Notes: generated by a model from the sequence alone, not told the origin. Numbered from the stretch's first letter, positions 40,414 to 51,401 are shown. The stretch is DNA of 64,000 nucleotides from Treponema sp. (GCA_045615645.1 JAZLFF010000082.1:45588-109587), one strand, 5' to 3'. A program made the numbers and translations.

Positions 40414-41884
40414 AAACAAATCCCTTCGCTGGCGAATTATGATTTGCGTTCTTATTGCCCTTGCCGTTATGATAATTATTCTTTTTTCAACTATGCGGCT
40501 TGATCTTCTTGCAATTGAAAACATTGGTGACTCGTATAAATCAAACTCCGAAATGAATTACCTTTCGCAGCAGCTTGCAAACACAGAAAAAGCGATGGAA
40601 ACTTACGTAAACTATCACACTTTTGAAAGTATTGACTCTTATTTTACCTGCCGCAACAAAGTCGAAGAATTTTCTTCCAAAATGCAGTCAAATCCTTCAA
40701 AAAACGAACTGCTCCAAAAAGAGTACATTGTTTATCAACTTACAAATTCTTTTATTGCGTGTTCAAATAAAGCAATTACTGCACGCCGCGCCAACAGTAC
40801 GGATGTTACTTTCTACTACAAAAAAACTTTGGATTGTTACAATCTTCTGTTAACTCAGATTATTGAATTAAATAAACTCCTGCTTTTGCAAAATGCCAAC
40901 GAATATACTCAGAGCCACAACCGGATTTTAGTTAACACACGTTTAAGTTTTGTTTTTTTTATTATCCTGGCCTTTTCAATTTTTATGCTTCTTTATTTAA
41001 CTATTACTTCGCTTACAAAACCGCTTGCAGAAATTTCAGATGTTGCGCACCGTATTTCTAAACGTGATTTTGATGTTCCATTGTTCAATAAAACAAGTAA
41101 TGATGAAATTGGAAACATTTGCCGCGCATTTGACCGTATGATTATTAGTATCCGTGAATATATTGATACAATTTGGGAAAAAGCACGGACGGAAGCAGAA
41201 CTTAAGGAAAAGGAAATTGAAATGCAGGCGCTTTATTCCGATGCTCAGCTTAAGGCGTTACAAAATCAGATAAATCCGCACTTTTTGTTTAATACGCTCA
41301 ATACCGGAGCTCAACTTGCAATGATGGAAGGGGCTGATAAAACCTGCTACTTTATTGAACAGGTTGCCGACTTTTTCCGCTATAACATTCAGCAAAACAA
41401 AAAAACTGCTACAATTGATGAAGAACTTGGCCTTATAGATAACTTTGTTTACATTATGAAGGTTCGCTTTGGAAACCGCCTTGAATTTACAAAAAACATT
41501 CCAGACCATTCGTTCAATGAACAAATTCCAGTAATGACGCTTCAACCGCTAGTAGAAAACTGCATTAAATACGGTTTAAAAAACTCAAAAGGTGAAGTTA
41601 CCCTTTCAATTGTTGAAGAATCAAAAATGATTGTAATCAGCATTACAGATAACGGTTGCGGCATTTCGGATGAAATCAAAAACAATATTTTCGAAGCCGT
41701 TGCAAAGGAAGAAACCAGCCTTACAAATTCTCAAAACAACGCGCTTAAACAAAACGGAACAGGAATAATCAACGTATTTACAAGGCTTAAACTTTATTTC
41801 CACCGTGAAGATATTTTTGATATTACTTGCGGAAATGACGGAATTGGTACAAAATTCATTATTAGGATTCCACACAATGTATAA
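40391..41884 (+). CDS. LytS/YesM-family sensor histidine kinase
   Basis: Two TM, HAMP (DEIG), LQNQINPHFLFNTLN, LQPLVENCIKYG, DNGCG. Confidence 0.92.
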   Translation: MSLITFIKNKSLRWRIMICVLIALAVMIIILFSTMRLDLLAIENIGDSYKSNSEMNYLSQQLANTEKAMETYVNYHTFESIDSYFTCRNKVEEFSSKMQSNPSKNELLQKEYIVYQLTNSFIACSNKAITARRANSTDVTFYYKKTLDCYNLLLTQIIELNKLLLLQNANEYTQSHNRILVNTRLSFVFFIILAFSIFMLLYLTITSLTKPLAEISDVAHRISKRDFDVPLFNKTSNDEIGNICRAFDRMIISIREYIDTIWEKARTEAELKEKEIEMQALYSDAQLKALQNQINPHFLFNTLNTGAQLAMMEGADKTCYFIEQVADFFRYNIQQNKKTATIDEELGLIDNFVYIMKVRFGNRLEFTKNIPDHSFNEQIPVMTLQPLVENCIKYGLKNSKGEVTLSIVEESKMIVISITDNGCGISDEIKNNIFEAVAKEETSLTNSQNNALKQNGTGIINVFTRLKLYFHREDIFDITCGNDGIGTKFIIRIPHNV

Positions 41885-43430
41885 TATTTTATTAACCGAC
41901 GACGAACAAATTGTAATTGACTCTATCAAATTTATTATTGATAAAAACTTTGCAGGGCAAGTTACCGTACATACTGCCCTTTCTGGCACCGAAGCGCTTG
42001 AAATTGCAACTAAAGAAAACATTGATATTATTTTTATGGATATAAACATGCCGGGATTAAACGGACTGGAAACTGTTAGTTGCATTACCAAACTAAAACC
42101 GGAAGTTGTAATAATTATTTTGAGTGCATTCGACCGCTTTCAATACGCACAGGAAGCAATGAATCTTGGAGTTTTTAAATATATTACAAAACCCGTAAAC
42201 CGAAACATAATAATCCAAACTATAAGAAGCGCAATGAACAGCGTAGACAACAACCGAGGTAAATTAAACGCTGATCAGGAACTTCACAAAAAGCTTGATT
42301 TAGCCTCTCCACTTATAGAAAGCGATTTTATCTATGCATGTATTTTTAATAACGACAGCAGTTTTGACCTTTCTGCTTACCTAGATTATTTTAATATTTC
42401 CGGATATCCGTGCTGCTTCTGTTGCTTTGAATTTCCAAACATAAATCCTGAAACTCAGTTTAAAACTTATCAGTACATTCGAACAATTATAAAAGAAGCT
42501 CAAAATTGTCTGGTAAGTTCCTTTATGATGAACCGAATTGCCGTTTTGTTTCCAATTTTGAGCCAATCCACAGAACCAGAACCTGTTCACGAGCTGATAA
42601 ATGCTATTTATTCTACGCTTTCGTTTAAAATTGGAGCAGGAATTCGTGCCGGTGTTAGCAGCATTACAACCGACATTCTTACTTTAAAACGTTCGTACAA
42701 CGAAGCAGTAATGGCTTTAAATAAAACCCCTGCAAACGGCGGCATTTATTTTACCGGCCGTAATACTTCCATTGTGCCAGAAACCGCAGACGACACTGGC
42801 ACTTACCGTAATCAACTTTTAATGCGTTTACGAGCTGGCGATTCCAGCAGTGTAAAATCCCTCTTCGAATTATACTCGGCACAAATTATTGCAACTGAAA
42901 AAGACTTAAACAAAATTAAAAACTCATTTTTCGAATTAATTGTCACTGCCCGAAATATTACCTGCGAAATAAATCCGGAATTTCAAAACCAAGCCTTTTC
43001 CGATGCGTTCTCCATTTTCAGCACACAAACCGACATTGCTTCACTTAAAGAATATGTTTCAAAAACTCTTTTGGAATACCTTGGAGTTATTCTTTCCGTA
43101 CACGAACACAAAGAAAATCCAATTATCAAAAAAGTTTGCGATTACATTTACAAAAATACAAAATCCGACATTTCACTTGAACAAATGGCCGAATACGTAA
43201 ACGTCAGCTCTTTTTACCTGAGTAAACTTTTTAAAGAAGATAAAGGCGTTACATTCATTAACTTCCTTAATGATACACGGTTAGAAAAATCTCGCGAACT
43301 TTTACAAAATCCTGAACTTTCAATTAAGGAAATTACAGCGGAAGTCGGTTACAACGATCAGAATTATTTTTCACGAATTTTCAGAAACAAATATGGTGTA
43401 ACGCCAACAGAATTCAGGAGTGGTTTATGA
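41877..43430 (+). CDS. YesN-type response regulator (REC + AraC HTH)
   Basis: LTDDE, MDINMPG, KP; C-terminal YLSKLFK and VGYNDQNYFSRIFR; ATG 41877. Confidence 0.92.
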   Translation: MYNILLTDDEQIVIDSIKFIIDKNFAGQVTVHTALSGTEALEIATKENIDIIFMDINMPGLNGLETVSCITKLKPEVVIIILSAFDRFQYAQEAMNLGVFKYITKPVNRNIIIQTIRSAMNSVDNNRGKLNADQELHKKLDLASPLIESDFIYACIFNNDSSFDLSAYLDYFNISGYPCCFCCFEFPNINPETQFKTYQYIRTIIKEAQNCLVSSFMMNRIAVLFPILSQSTEPEPVHELINAIYSTLSFKIGAGIRAGVSSITTDILTLKRSYNEAVMALNKTPANGGIYFTGRNTSIVPETADDTGTYRNQLLMRLRAGDSSSVKSLFELYSAQIIATEKDLNKIKNSFFELIVTARNITCEINPEFQNQAFSDAFSIFSTQTDIASLKEYVSKTLLEYLGVILSVHEHKENPIIKKVCDYIYKNTKSDISLEQMAEYVNVSSFYLSKLFKEDKGVTFINFLNDTRLEKSRELLQNPELSIKEITAEVGYNDQNYFSRIFRNKYGVTPTEFRSGL

Positions 43431-44473
43431 AAAAGTTGATTTTTAATCTTCCAGTGATTATTGCATTTTGTATGCTGATTACTGGTTGCAAAAAAGTTTC
43501 AACTGTAAAAGGTTCGACGGATACTAACCTGCAAACGGAAGGTGTTCATAAAACTACAATTGGCTTTTCCATTGACACACTGGCCATTGAACGATGGCAG
43601 CGCGACCTTGACGTTTTTATGAATAAAGCAAAGGAACTTGGCGCAAACGTAATTGTTCAAAATGCAGGAAATAATCTTGAAGAACAGAATCGGCAGCTTA
43701 CTTATCTTTTGGATCGCAACGTTGATGTAATTGTAGTTCTTGCAAAAAAAGCGGATGGAGTTTCTGAATCAATTCAAAAAATTAAAAGCAAAGGGATTCC
43801 CGTTATTGCTTACGACCGCCTTATTCTTGATGCAAACATTGATTTGTACATTACAATAAACAGTGAAATGGTTGGTGAACTAATGGGTCGCAGACTTCAG
43901 CAGCATGCACATGGCTTCAATTGGTATTGCATTCTTGGCGCTGAAGAAGATTACAATATGTCTCTAATTCAGTCAGGACTTGCAAAAGCTTTGTACGGAA
44001 CTCCTTACAAAATTGCACACACTTTTTATGCTGACGGCTGGAACTACGATCTTGCTTATAACGAAATGGTTCGTTTAATTTCAAATGAAGAAATTCCCGA
44101 CGCAATTATTTGCGGAAACGACGCCGTTGCCGACAGTGTAATTTCAGCTCTTTCTACTTATTACACTGGTCCGCACATTCCAATTTGTGGACAAGATGCC
44201 GACATTGCCGCCTGCCAAAACATTATAAATGGTAAACAGGATTTTACAATTTACAAACCAATAACAAAGCTTGCCGAAACCGCAGCTGAACTTGCTGTTA
44301 GTATGGCAAACGGAGAAGATTCTAAAAAACTAACAAACGGCACAACAATTAATAATAACTACAGTGATATTCCGGTTTTGTGGCTCGAACCGGAGCTTGT
44401 TGACACTTCAAACTTGGATAGCGTGATTATTGATTCTGGGTTCCATTCTTATAACGAGGTTTATAAAAATTAG
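43427..44473 (+). CDS. XylF-like sugar-binding lipoprotein
   Basis: Lipobox ITGC; IGFSID...ERWQRD, AYDRLI, GQDAD. Confidence 0.85.
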   Translation: MKKLIFNLPVIIAFCMLITGCKKVSTVKGSTDTNLQTEGVHKTTIGFSIDTLAIERWQRDLDVFMNKAKELGANVIVQNAGNNLEEQNRQLTYLLDRNVDVIVVLAKKADGVSESIQKIKSKGIPVIAYDRLILDANIDLYITINSEMVGELMGRRLQQHAHGFNWYCILGAEEDYNMSLIQSGLAKALYGTPYKIAHTFYADGWNYDLAYNEMVRLISNEEIPDAIICGNDAVADSVISALSTYYTGPHIPICGQDADIAACQNIINGKQDFTIYKPITKLAETAAELAVSMANGEDSKKLTNGTTINNNYSDIPVLWLEPELVDTSNLDSVIIDSGFHSYNEVYKN

Positions 44474-44508
44474 AGTTAGTTTCCAAAAGTGGAAGATTAA
44501 CTACGGGT

Positions 44509-44577
44509 TTTAACGCAGATTACGCAGATGGATGGGCATTTACGCAGATGCCCGCACGGGAGATGTGAGCATCTGCG
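44509..44577. repeat. Family B element between convergent genes
   Basis: tttaacgcagattacgcagat...tacgcagatgc...gcatctgcg. Confidence 0.75.
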
Positions 44578-44590
44578 GAAGTGATTGTGT

Positions 44591-47215
44591 TTATTCGGTA
44601 AAAGTAAAACTATCTGATGTCAATATTTCTAACTCATAAGCACAACCATATAAATTACAATTTTTTATGATATTATTTTCTACTGTGGTATCCTCAGTAA
44701 TCCAATATCTATTAAATAATTTTAATCTATATGTACCCTCTTCTTTGTCAGGAAACAAAGTCTGTAATGAAACTGGAGTTGAAGTTTCAGAGGTAGAAAT
44801 AATGTTATTGTTTATACCATCTGTTATTTGAAGTATATCTTCCAAATTGTAACTCATATCTTCTTTGTAATATTTTTCTAGTTCTAATTCAAAATCTAAA
44901 TAAACACCAGTATCCCTTATAGGAAAATTTTCATTTCGTAAATATGTGTCAACCTCTTCAAAACTATACAGTTTTCCTTCAACATCCTTTATTTCAATAC
45001 GAATACCATTGTTGGTAATTTCTATTTCTTCAGAAACATATTTTTTTGTTTCTCCAATAAATGATAATTCATCAGGGGCATATTCAAACTCCATTCCAGA
45101 TTCAATAGAAAATTCTTTTGTATATTCAATACAACTGTCGTCGCCATTTTTATATGCAACACATCCAAGAACACTTGTTGATTTAAATGGATATTCAATA
45201 TAACCTTCCGCTTGAGCTTCAGTATCATTCGAATCTATATTTTTTCTAAATTCACATTTGTCACCAGTTATTCTTAAAGAGTTAACCTCATATTTATTTG
45301 GATCCGGATTTTTATATTCTAGCTTTACAGCCTTATTGACTTCATCCCATGACATTGTAATACTTGATAAAAGAATAAGTTCATCAAAATTAATAGTAAC
45401 GTTATCTTCCAGTGTGAATAAATCAACAGAATATTGAATATTATCTATATAAAATGAATACTTACAAGTAAGATAACATTCTTTATCTTTAAGATCTTGT
45501 AATTTAGTAATATCACTAATGCTTAACCATATATTATCATAATAAATAGAAACGTCACCACTTCCATAAAATTCTTCAGATTGCCATTCGGCATTTTCAT
45601 CACGGTAATTAATATTAAATAAATAAATTAGCCCATATTGGTCTATAGTATAATCAATTCCGAGAAATTCTTTCATTTGCTCCATTTTATTCCAAATAAA
45701 ATCTGTTGTGTTAAAACCTTTAATTTCAAGACTTCCAGAAGTATCATCTCCTCGATATACCGCTATAGCATCTTCTTGCATTGTGGTATGTATACTTGAG
45801 TCAGCAACAACTGTTCCTAAATCTACATAATAGTTACTTTCTGCATCCTCTTTTATTTCTCCTGTTTCATCACACGGATCGTCGCAATAATAATAAACGG
45901 AACAACTATATTCTTGATCTTTTACTGGCTCAAAGAAATAGCAAGTACGTTCATTATCGTTCCAATTAAAACATAAAACTTTATCAGAAACTATTTCACT
46001 TTCAGAATCTGTTACAACAAATCTTACAAAAGGTAAACTTTCAATTTTTTTAGCTGTCATTATAATTCCGTTGGAAGTTTTATTGGAATAAGCAGTTGCA
46101 ATTTTGTTAATTTCCAAATTTACAAAACCTCTTTTTTGTGATTGAATTTGGTCACCGTGATAAATACACTTGTAATCAAAACCGTTTTCAATTTTTAAGA
46201 TTTCCATTGTTGTGTAAGATTCTTCTGTAAGCGCTAACGCAAAAGTAAGTTCCATTACGTAAAGGCCTTCATCCAAATTATCAATTTTTATTGTCCATAT
46301 TTTATTCAATGAGATATCATACCACCAATTTATTTCTTGAAGACTTATTTTGTCAGACTTTGTAGTAGAATAAAACTTTTCTGCATCCTCAGGAGACAAT
46401 GTTTCAATTGGATCATTATCTTTATTATTAAGATAATCATTCAGTTTATATAAACTTGCAGTTACAATAAGAATATCATCTTCTTTCATTACTCGGTTTT
46501 CATCAAAAGCAAACGAATATTCTAATGTACTAACTGTATTTGTATATTCAGGATTTTTTTGAAGATGTACAGGAATAATGTCATTATCTCTATTTACTAA
46601 CTGATTAGTCATATTACTAAAATAAACAGGAATTTTATTATTTGTCTTTATTGAATTATAAACAAACTGATAATAAACTTCAAATATTTGAGTATCACCT
46701 GCAGGTTCTTCAATTACCCCCATAGAATCTCCAGATGCACCTACGGAACCTCCACTTGCTCCGTCGCCAACGGCACCACCACTAGCGCCTTCACCAGAAG
46801 AACCACCACTTGTACCTTCACCTGCATCACCTTCAGTAGTCATAGTAAAATAATCTATAACTTCATTTTGAAACTCTTCAATTTCAGAATCGGTAAAATA
46901 GAAAATGTCAATGTCAAAATTATACTGATCAACAGGAATTGCAGGACACAATACTATTGACCCTGAATAAACTACTTTATTTGTCTGCGAATTAGTTATT
47001 GTTAAATATTCTATTAAGTTTTGTTCTGGTGCAGTTACCATTCTGGAATTACTGTTAGTCCCAAAAATATTTTGAAAATATTCATCTTCAAAAACAAAAT
47101 TAATTTTGACTTTTTGTTGTTCTTCCATTACTACACCATTCGAACAAGATGCAAAAAACAAAGTAAATAAACTTAAAAATAAAACAACTAATTTATAATT
47201 TTTTCTAGTCTTCAT
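44591..47215 (-). CDS. Large acidic hypothetical lipoprotein with Gly/Ser repeat
   Basis: Lipobox FASC; 874 aa; GEGTSGGSS/GEGASGGAV/GDGASGGSV repeats near 46724-46835. Confidence 0.75.
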   Translation of the reverse strand: MKTRKNYKLVVLFLSLFTLFFASCSNGVVMEEQQKVKINFVFEDEYFQNIFGTNSNSRMVTAPEQNLIEYLTITNSQTNKVVYSGSIVLCPAIPVDQYNFDIDIFYFTDSEIEEFQNEVIDYFTMTTEGDAGEGTSGGSSGEGASGGAVGDGASGGSVGASGDSMGVIEEPAGDTQIFEVYYQFVYNSIKTNNKIPVYFSNMTNQLVNRDNDIIPVHLQKNPEYTNTVSTLEYSFAFDENRVMKEDDILIVTASLYKLNDYLNNKDNDPIETLSPEDAEKFYSTTKSDKISLQEINWWYDISLNKIWTIKIDNLDEGLYVMELTFALALTEESYTTMEILKIENGFDYKCIYHGDQIQSQKRGFVNLEINKIATAYSNKTSNGIIMTAKKIESLPFVRFVVTDSESEIVSDKVLCFNWNDNERTCYFFEPVKDQEYSCSVYYYCDDPCDETGEIKEDAESNYYVDLGTVVADSSIHTTMQEDAIAVYRGDDTSGSLEIKGFNTTDFIWNKMEQMKEFLGIDYTIDQYGLIYLFNINYRDENAEWQSEEFYGSGDVSIYYDNIWLSISDITKLQDLKDKECYLTCKYSFYIDNIQYSVDLFTLEDNVTINFDELILLSSITMSWDEVNKAVKLEYKNPDPNKYEVNSLRITGDKCEFRKNIDSNDTEAQAEGYIEYPFKSTSVLGCVAYKNGDDSCIEYTKEFSIESGMEFEYAPDELSFIGETKKYVSEEIEITNNGIRIEIKDVEGKLYSFEEVDTYLRNENFPIRDTGVYLDFELELEKYYKEDMSYNLEDILQITDGINNNIISTSETSTPVSLQTLFPDKEEGTYRLKLFNRYWITEDTTVENNIIKNCNLYGCAYELEILTSDSFTFTE

Positions 47216-47220
47216 AATTT

Positions 47221-49968
47221 TTACCTCTCTTCAGAAAATGAATATCCATCAAAATAAAAGTTTACAAAACCTTCATGTATAAAAGTTGGGTCTTTCGGAT
47301 CGGTTACTATACAGACAACACTGTTAACACCAATTTTTAGGTTATGTTCAGGATTAATAAATATTTGAGTTCTTCTATAATCATATGTTGCTTCAGGATT
47401 ATTTGGTTCTGCATTATACAACTCGCCATTCAAATACCAATGGTAAGAAAATTCCGATTTTCTTTCAGTATTTTCAGCATCATAAAAAGAAATATCTATA
47501 TAACAATAACCAAGCCTTGAATCATAAAAATGTAAACTGCATTTATTGTCTAATTCTGAAAGCACACCATAGTCTTTATAAAAACTAACAGTTTCTTGAA
47601 CAATTTGTTTTGGTTTATATGCAGTATCACTTGTAGCTATTTCCTTTGTGTAAAAATAACCAGTATCCGGATTATTACCTTGTAACAAGAACTCGTATCT
47701 CATTGTAAGATGAATAACAGGATTCATAGCCAGTTGTGAATTTATATAATCACTTTCTATATACCAAACCCCTTCGTCTAAAATATTTACACTTCCGCTT
47801 GAAACAATGCTATACATTGGTACTTTTAAAAGATCAGTAATATTAGATTGTAAATTTATACCTATTCCTGAACACCAGAAAGTTCCAGCACGCCAATCTT
47901 TATATCCGGAAATTAAAGTAAATGCTAAATTACTATACTTATAATCAATTTTTTGTCCAAATAATGTTGTTATATCACTTCTAAGAACTTCAGAATTTTT
48001 TAATTTAAGATTATATGAATTTGTATCATAAGATAATTGCATTGTATCGTAAGTTGAATAATCAAGAGGACCTATACCACCACCGGCAAGAACGAAAGTT
48101 TGTTCAGAATAAAATGTTTCGCTGCCATCAGGATTTTCCAAATGATAAACTATTTCAAAACACATTTCTTGGTCTTTATTACAGAATGGATAATCAAATT
48201 CAATTTTTCTTTCTGCATTAAGATAATCTTTATTAAAGCTGTAACCTGTTTTACTATAAAGTTCAACAACGTCAAAATTACCACCACAGAAGGTTTCACC
48301 ATCCAAAGCATTTATTACAACATGAACACCATTATTACAAGCCGAGAGTGCCATGTGTTTTGTAGCCGCAGTTTCTTTAATAAACGGATTTCTATCCACA
48401 ATTTGAATTGATGTATCTGTAAAAATAAGAGGTTTGTCTAAAAAATCAGGGTTATAATAAAAATTAATCATAAAATGATTTAAATCTGTTGATACTATAT
48501 TACTTGGTATTACAAAGTCGAAGAAAGCTTCAAGTTTTCCGTTTTCATCAACAGTTGCTGTATATGTTTTTGTATCAAATTGGATCCATGTTGTAGTATT
48601 ATCTGCAATTTGACCATTCATTACAAAGCTTTTACCAGCAAATTCTTTATTACTACCAGTAAAGAGAATTTTCAAATGCGAATTTGGTTCAGGAATGCTA
48701 CTAATATTTGGGAAATATATACTAGCTGGAGCTTCTGTTCTATAGTTATAACCATAATCTTTTGTTTTATTACCATTTGCGTCCAAGCCCCACTCATTTT
48801 TCGTAAATTTTAAATCATAATCAAGATAATACTCACGGTCTTTAGTATTTTCTGCAGCAGGAATTGACAAAACTACAGTATTAGTTGCATCTCCTTTTTC
48901 TATCCAGCCATTAAAAATCTGTAACCAAAGGTAATTTGGATCATAATACCTGTAACTCCAAATGTCTGATTCCGTTACAAGTGTATAATCCGTACCTTTA
49001 ACTCTTTTTTCTAAGTGTTTTAATCCACCGTAATTATAAGTAATGGTTATAACTTCAAAGTTAGCATTTGTATTTACAGTAAGTTCTTGCAAATCAATAA
49101 TTACTTCTTTGTCTAAATCCTTAGGGAAATAAGAAAGTCCTATATTATAATCCAATTCCGGATTTAAATCGTATGGAACAACAAAATCAAAAATAACTGT
49201 ACACGGAGTATCCTTTTGCCAACTTACCTTTTTCTGGTCTTTATAAACAAGGGTCCAATTATATTCTTTATTTTCATCGAAATTACGAGCATAATGTAAA
49301 TCCAGTAATCCTTCAAAATCTGTATCTGGAACAAAAGTCGCTTTCCATTCAATTTTGGCATCTTTTTTGAAATTCTTAATTTCCTCTTCTGGAAGTGGTA
49401 ATCCTAAATAATAATTATATTCCTGTTCGTCATTAAAAATATTTTTTACAAAAGTACGGTAATCTTTCGGTTCTTCTGGCTCTTCAGGTTCCTCAGGCTC
49501 TTCCGGCTCCTCAGGCTCTTCCGGCTCCTCGGGTTCTTCCGTTTCCGGATTTTCTTCAGATTCATAAGGAATGGCCTTTAAGATTATTTTTGCAGTTGTG
49601 TGTTGACCGGCAACAATTACAGCCGTTGTACTTCCTTCATAAAGAGGCTTTTCAAATTGCGTATCTTCAATTGAATAACCACTTATCTGAATTTCGTAAA
49701 CTCCAGGATTTAATGTAAAGGTTACACTCTCTGAACTTTGCTTTTGCTCTGATTGAACTTCAACATTATCAGATAATACTGAAATATTAAAAACTAAAGT
49801 TGAAGAATCGGTAACGCTGTTTCCCTCTCCAGCACGAGCCGAATTTGAAACAGGAAGGCTTGGTAACGACAATGAAAGATATCCATTATTCGAAAAAAAG
49901 CCTGCCTGACAAGATAAAAATACAAACGAAATTATCAAACTAAATAATAAACTTTTTAAGACTCTCAT
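47221..49968 (-). CDS. Large hypothetical lipoprotein with (EEP)8 linker
   Basis: GAGG RBS, lipobox FLSC, SARA motif, beta-rich N-terminal domain, EEP repeats. Confidence 0.75.
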   Translation of the reverse strand: MRVLKSLLFSLIISFVFLSCQAGFFSNNGYLSLSLPSLPVSNSARAGEGNSVTDSSTLVFNISVLSDNVEVQSEQKQSSESVTFTLNPGVYEIQISGYSIEDTQFEKPLYEGSTTAVIVAGQHTTAKIILKAIPYESEENPETEEPEEPEEPEEPEEPEEPEEPEEPKDYRTFVKNIFNDEQEYNYYLGLPLPEEEIKNFKKDAKIEWKATFVPDTDFEGLLDLHYARNFDENKEYNWTLVYKDQKKVSWQKDTPCTVIFDFVVPYDLNPELDYNIGLSYFPKDLDKEVIIDLQELTVNTNANFEVITITYNYGGLKHLEKRVKGTDYTLVTESDIWSYRYYDPNYLWLQIFNGWIEKGDATNTVVLSIPAAENTKDREYYLDYDLKFTKNEWGLDANGNKTKDYGYNYRTEAPASIYFPNISSIPEPNSHLKILFTGSNKEFAGKSFVMNGQIADNTTTWIQFDTKTYTATVDENGKLEAFFDFVIPSNIVSTDLNHFMINFYYNPDFLDKPLIFTDTSIQIVDRNPFIKETAATKHMALSACNNGVHVVINALDGETFCGGNFDVVELYSKTGYSFNKDYLNAERKIEFDYPFCNKDQEMCFEIVYHLENPDGSETFYSEQTFVLAGGGIGPLDYSTYDTMQLSYDTNSYNLKLKNSEVLRSDITTLFGQKIDYKYSNLAFTLISGYKDWRAGTFWCSGIGINLQSNITDLLKVPMYSIVSSGSVNILDEGVWYIESDYINSQLAMNPVIHLTMRYEFLLQGNNPDTGYFYTKEIATSDTAYKPKQIVQETVSFYKDYGVLSELDNKCSLHFYDSRLGYCYIDISFYDAENTERKSEFSYHWYLNGELYNAEPNNPEATYDYRRTQIFINPEHNLKIGVNSVVCIVTDPKDPTFIHEGFVNFYFDGYSFSEER
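49468..49539 (-). repeat. 9-bp coding tandem repeat encoding (EEP)8
   Basis: Eight synonymously varied GAR-GAR-CCN units. Confidence 0.9.
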
Positions 49969-50057
49969 AAAAACCTCATATTAAAATTATAACATATCTA
50001 TTTACGCAAATATAGAAGATATTTTCGAAATTTCATAATTTTCTTCTTATATGCGTT

Positions 50058-50099
50058 AAAAAAAACTGACACAAGGAGGACATGAAACCTTGTGCCAGT
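50058..50099 (-). terminator. Intrinsic terminator after the sugar ABC operon
   Basis: actggcacaagg / ccttgtgtcagt stem followed by a U run on the minus strand. Confidence 0.75.
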
Positions 50100-50151
50100 A
50101 AAGTTCATAATAGGAGGTTTGAAAAAATCAAAACATTTATAATTGCGAACT

Positions 50152-51396
50152 TTATTTTGTTGTTTTCTTCTTCTTGGACATTACATCAAATATAACTGCC
50201 AGGAGCAGAACAAGACCCTTAACTGCACGCTGCCAGTTCATATCAACTCCAAGAATAGACATACCATTGTTAAGAACACCCATAAAGATGGCACCGACAA
50301 CTGCACCTGCAACTGTACCAGTTCCACCATAAGCCGAAGCACCACCAATGAAACAAGAAGCAATAGCATCCATTTCATAGTTTTGACCTGCTGTTGGCTG
50401 GGCTGAATTAAGACGTGCTACACAAACAAGGGCTGCAACAGCTGCAATAAATCCCATATTTGTATAAGCAAAGAACATTACTTTATTTGTATCTACACCA
50501 GAAAGACGAGCTGCCTTTTCGTTACCACCAATTGCGTACAAGTAACGGCCAGGAACTGTGTTTTGTGTAAAGTAAGCATAAATTGCAATGATTACTGCAA
50601 GTAAAATCAATATTACTGGAAGACCACGGTCACGAGCAAGGAACTGTCCAATCAAGATTATTACAATTGAAAGAACAACAAGTCTGCCAATAAATGAACT
50701 CATAGAAGGAACTGCATATCCATTCTTAATCTTTGTACGGCGTCCAAAAATTTCTGCAATAATAAACGCAACTACACAAAGAAGAACAAGAACCATTGTT
50801 ATAAAGAAGGTTACTTTATCTACTGAAGTGCCAAAAATATCAATAAAGCCATATTTATCAAGCATTTCATCAGATACATGTGGAATAAAACTTTCAAATA
50901 AATTCAAATATTTCTGAGGGAATGGAGCAATTGGACGACCATCCAAAACGATTGTTGCAACACCGCGCCACAAAAGCATACCTGCAAGAGTTGTAATGAA
51001 CGGCGGAATGTGAACATACGCAATAAATGCACCATGGAAAGCTCCAATCATTGTACCAATAATAAGACAAGCAATAATTGCAAGCCAGATTGGCCAATGC
51101 CAGTTTACAATGAACACACCTGCAAGCGCACCAACAAGGGCAACTACAGAACCAACAGACAAATCGATGTTACCACCAGTAAGAATACAAAGGAGCATAC
51201 CTGTTGCAAGAATTACAACGTAAGCATTCTGACGGATGATGTTTGTAATATTTGCAGGAGCAAACAAAGAACCGTGTCCGCCTGCCTTAATTAAAATTTC
51301 GAACAAAATCATAACACCAACAAGTACAAAGAGCATGGTGTTACTTTTTAAGATAGATACAATATCAAATGAACTTCTTTTTTTTGTATTTGCCAT
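50152..51396 (-). CDS. gguB: Multiple-monosaccharide ABC permease (GguB/MmsB/XylH-like)
   Basis: GNIDLSVGS, IPPFITTLAGML, GRYLYAIGGNEKAARLSG, YEMDAIA. Confidence 0.88.
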   Translation of the reverse strand: MANTKKRSSFDIVSILKSNTMLFVLVGVMILFEILIKAGGHGSLFAPANITNIIRQNAYVVILATGMLLCILTGGNIDLSVGSVVALVGALAGVFIVNWHWPIWLAIIACLIIGTMIGAFHGAFIAYVHIPPFITTLAGMLLWRGVATIVLDGRPIAPFPQKYLNLFESFIPHVSDEMLDKYGFIDIFGTSVDKVTFFITMVLVLLCVVAFIIAEIFGRRTKIKNGYAVPSMSSFIGRLVVLSIVIILIGQFLARDRGLPVILILLAVIIAIYAYFTQNTVPGRYLYAIGGNEKAARLSGVDTNKVMFFAYTNMGFIAAVAALVCVARLNSAQPTAGQNYEMDAIASCFIGGASAYGGTGTVAGAVVGAIFMGVLNNGMSILGVDMNWQRAVKGLVLLLAVIFDVMSKKKKTTK

Positions 51397-51401
51397 TTTT
51401 A

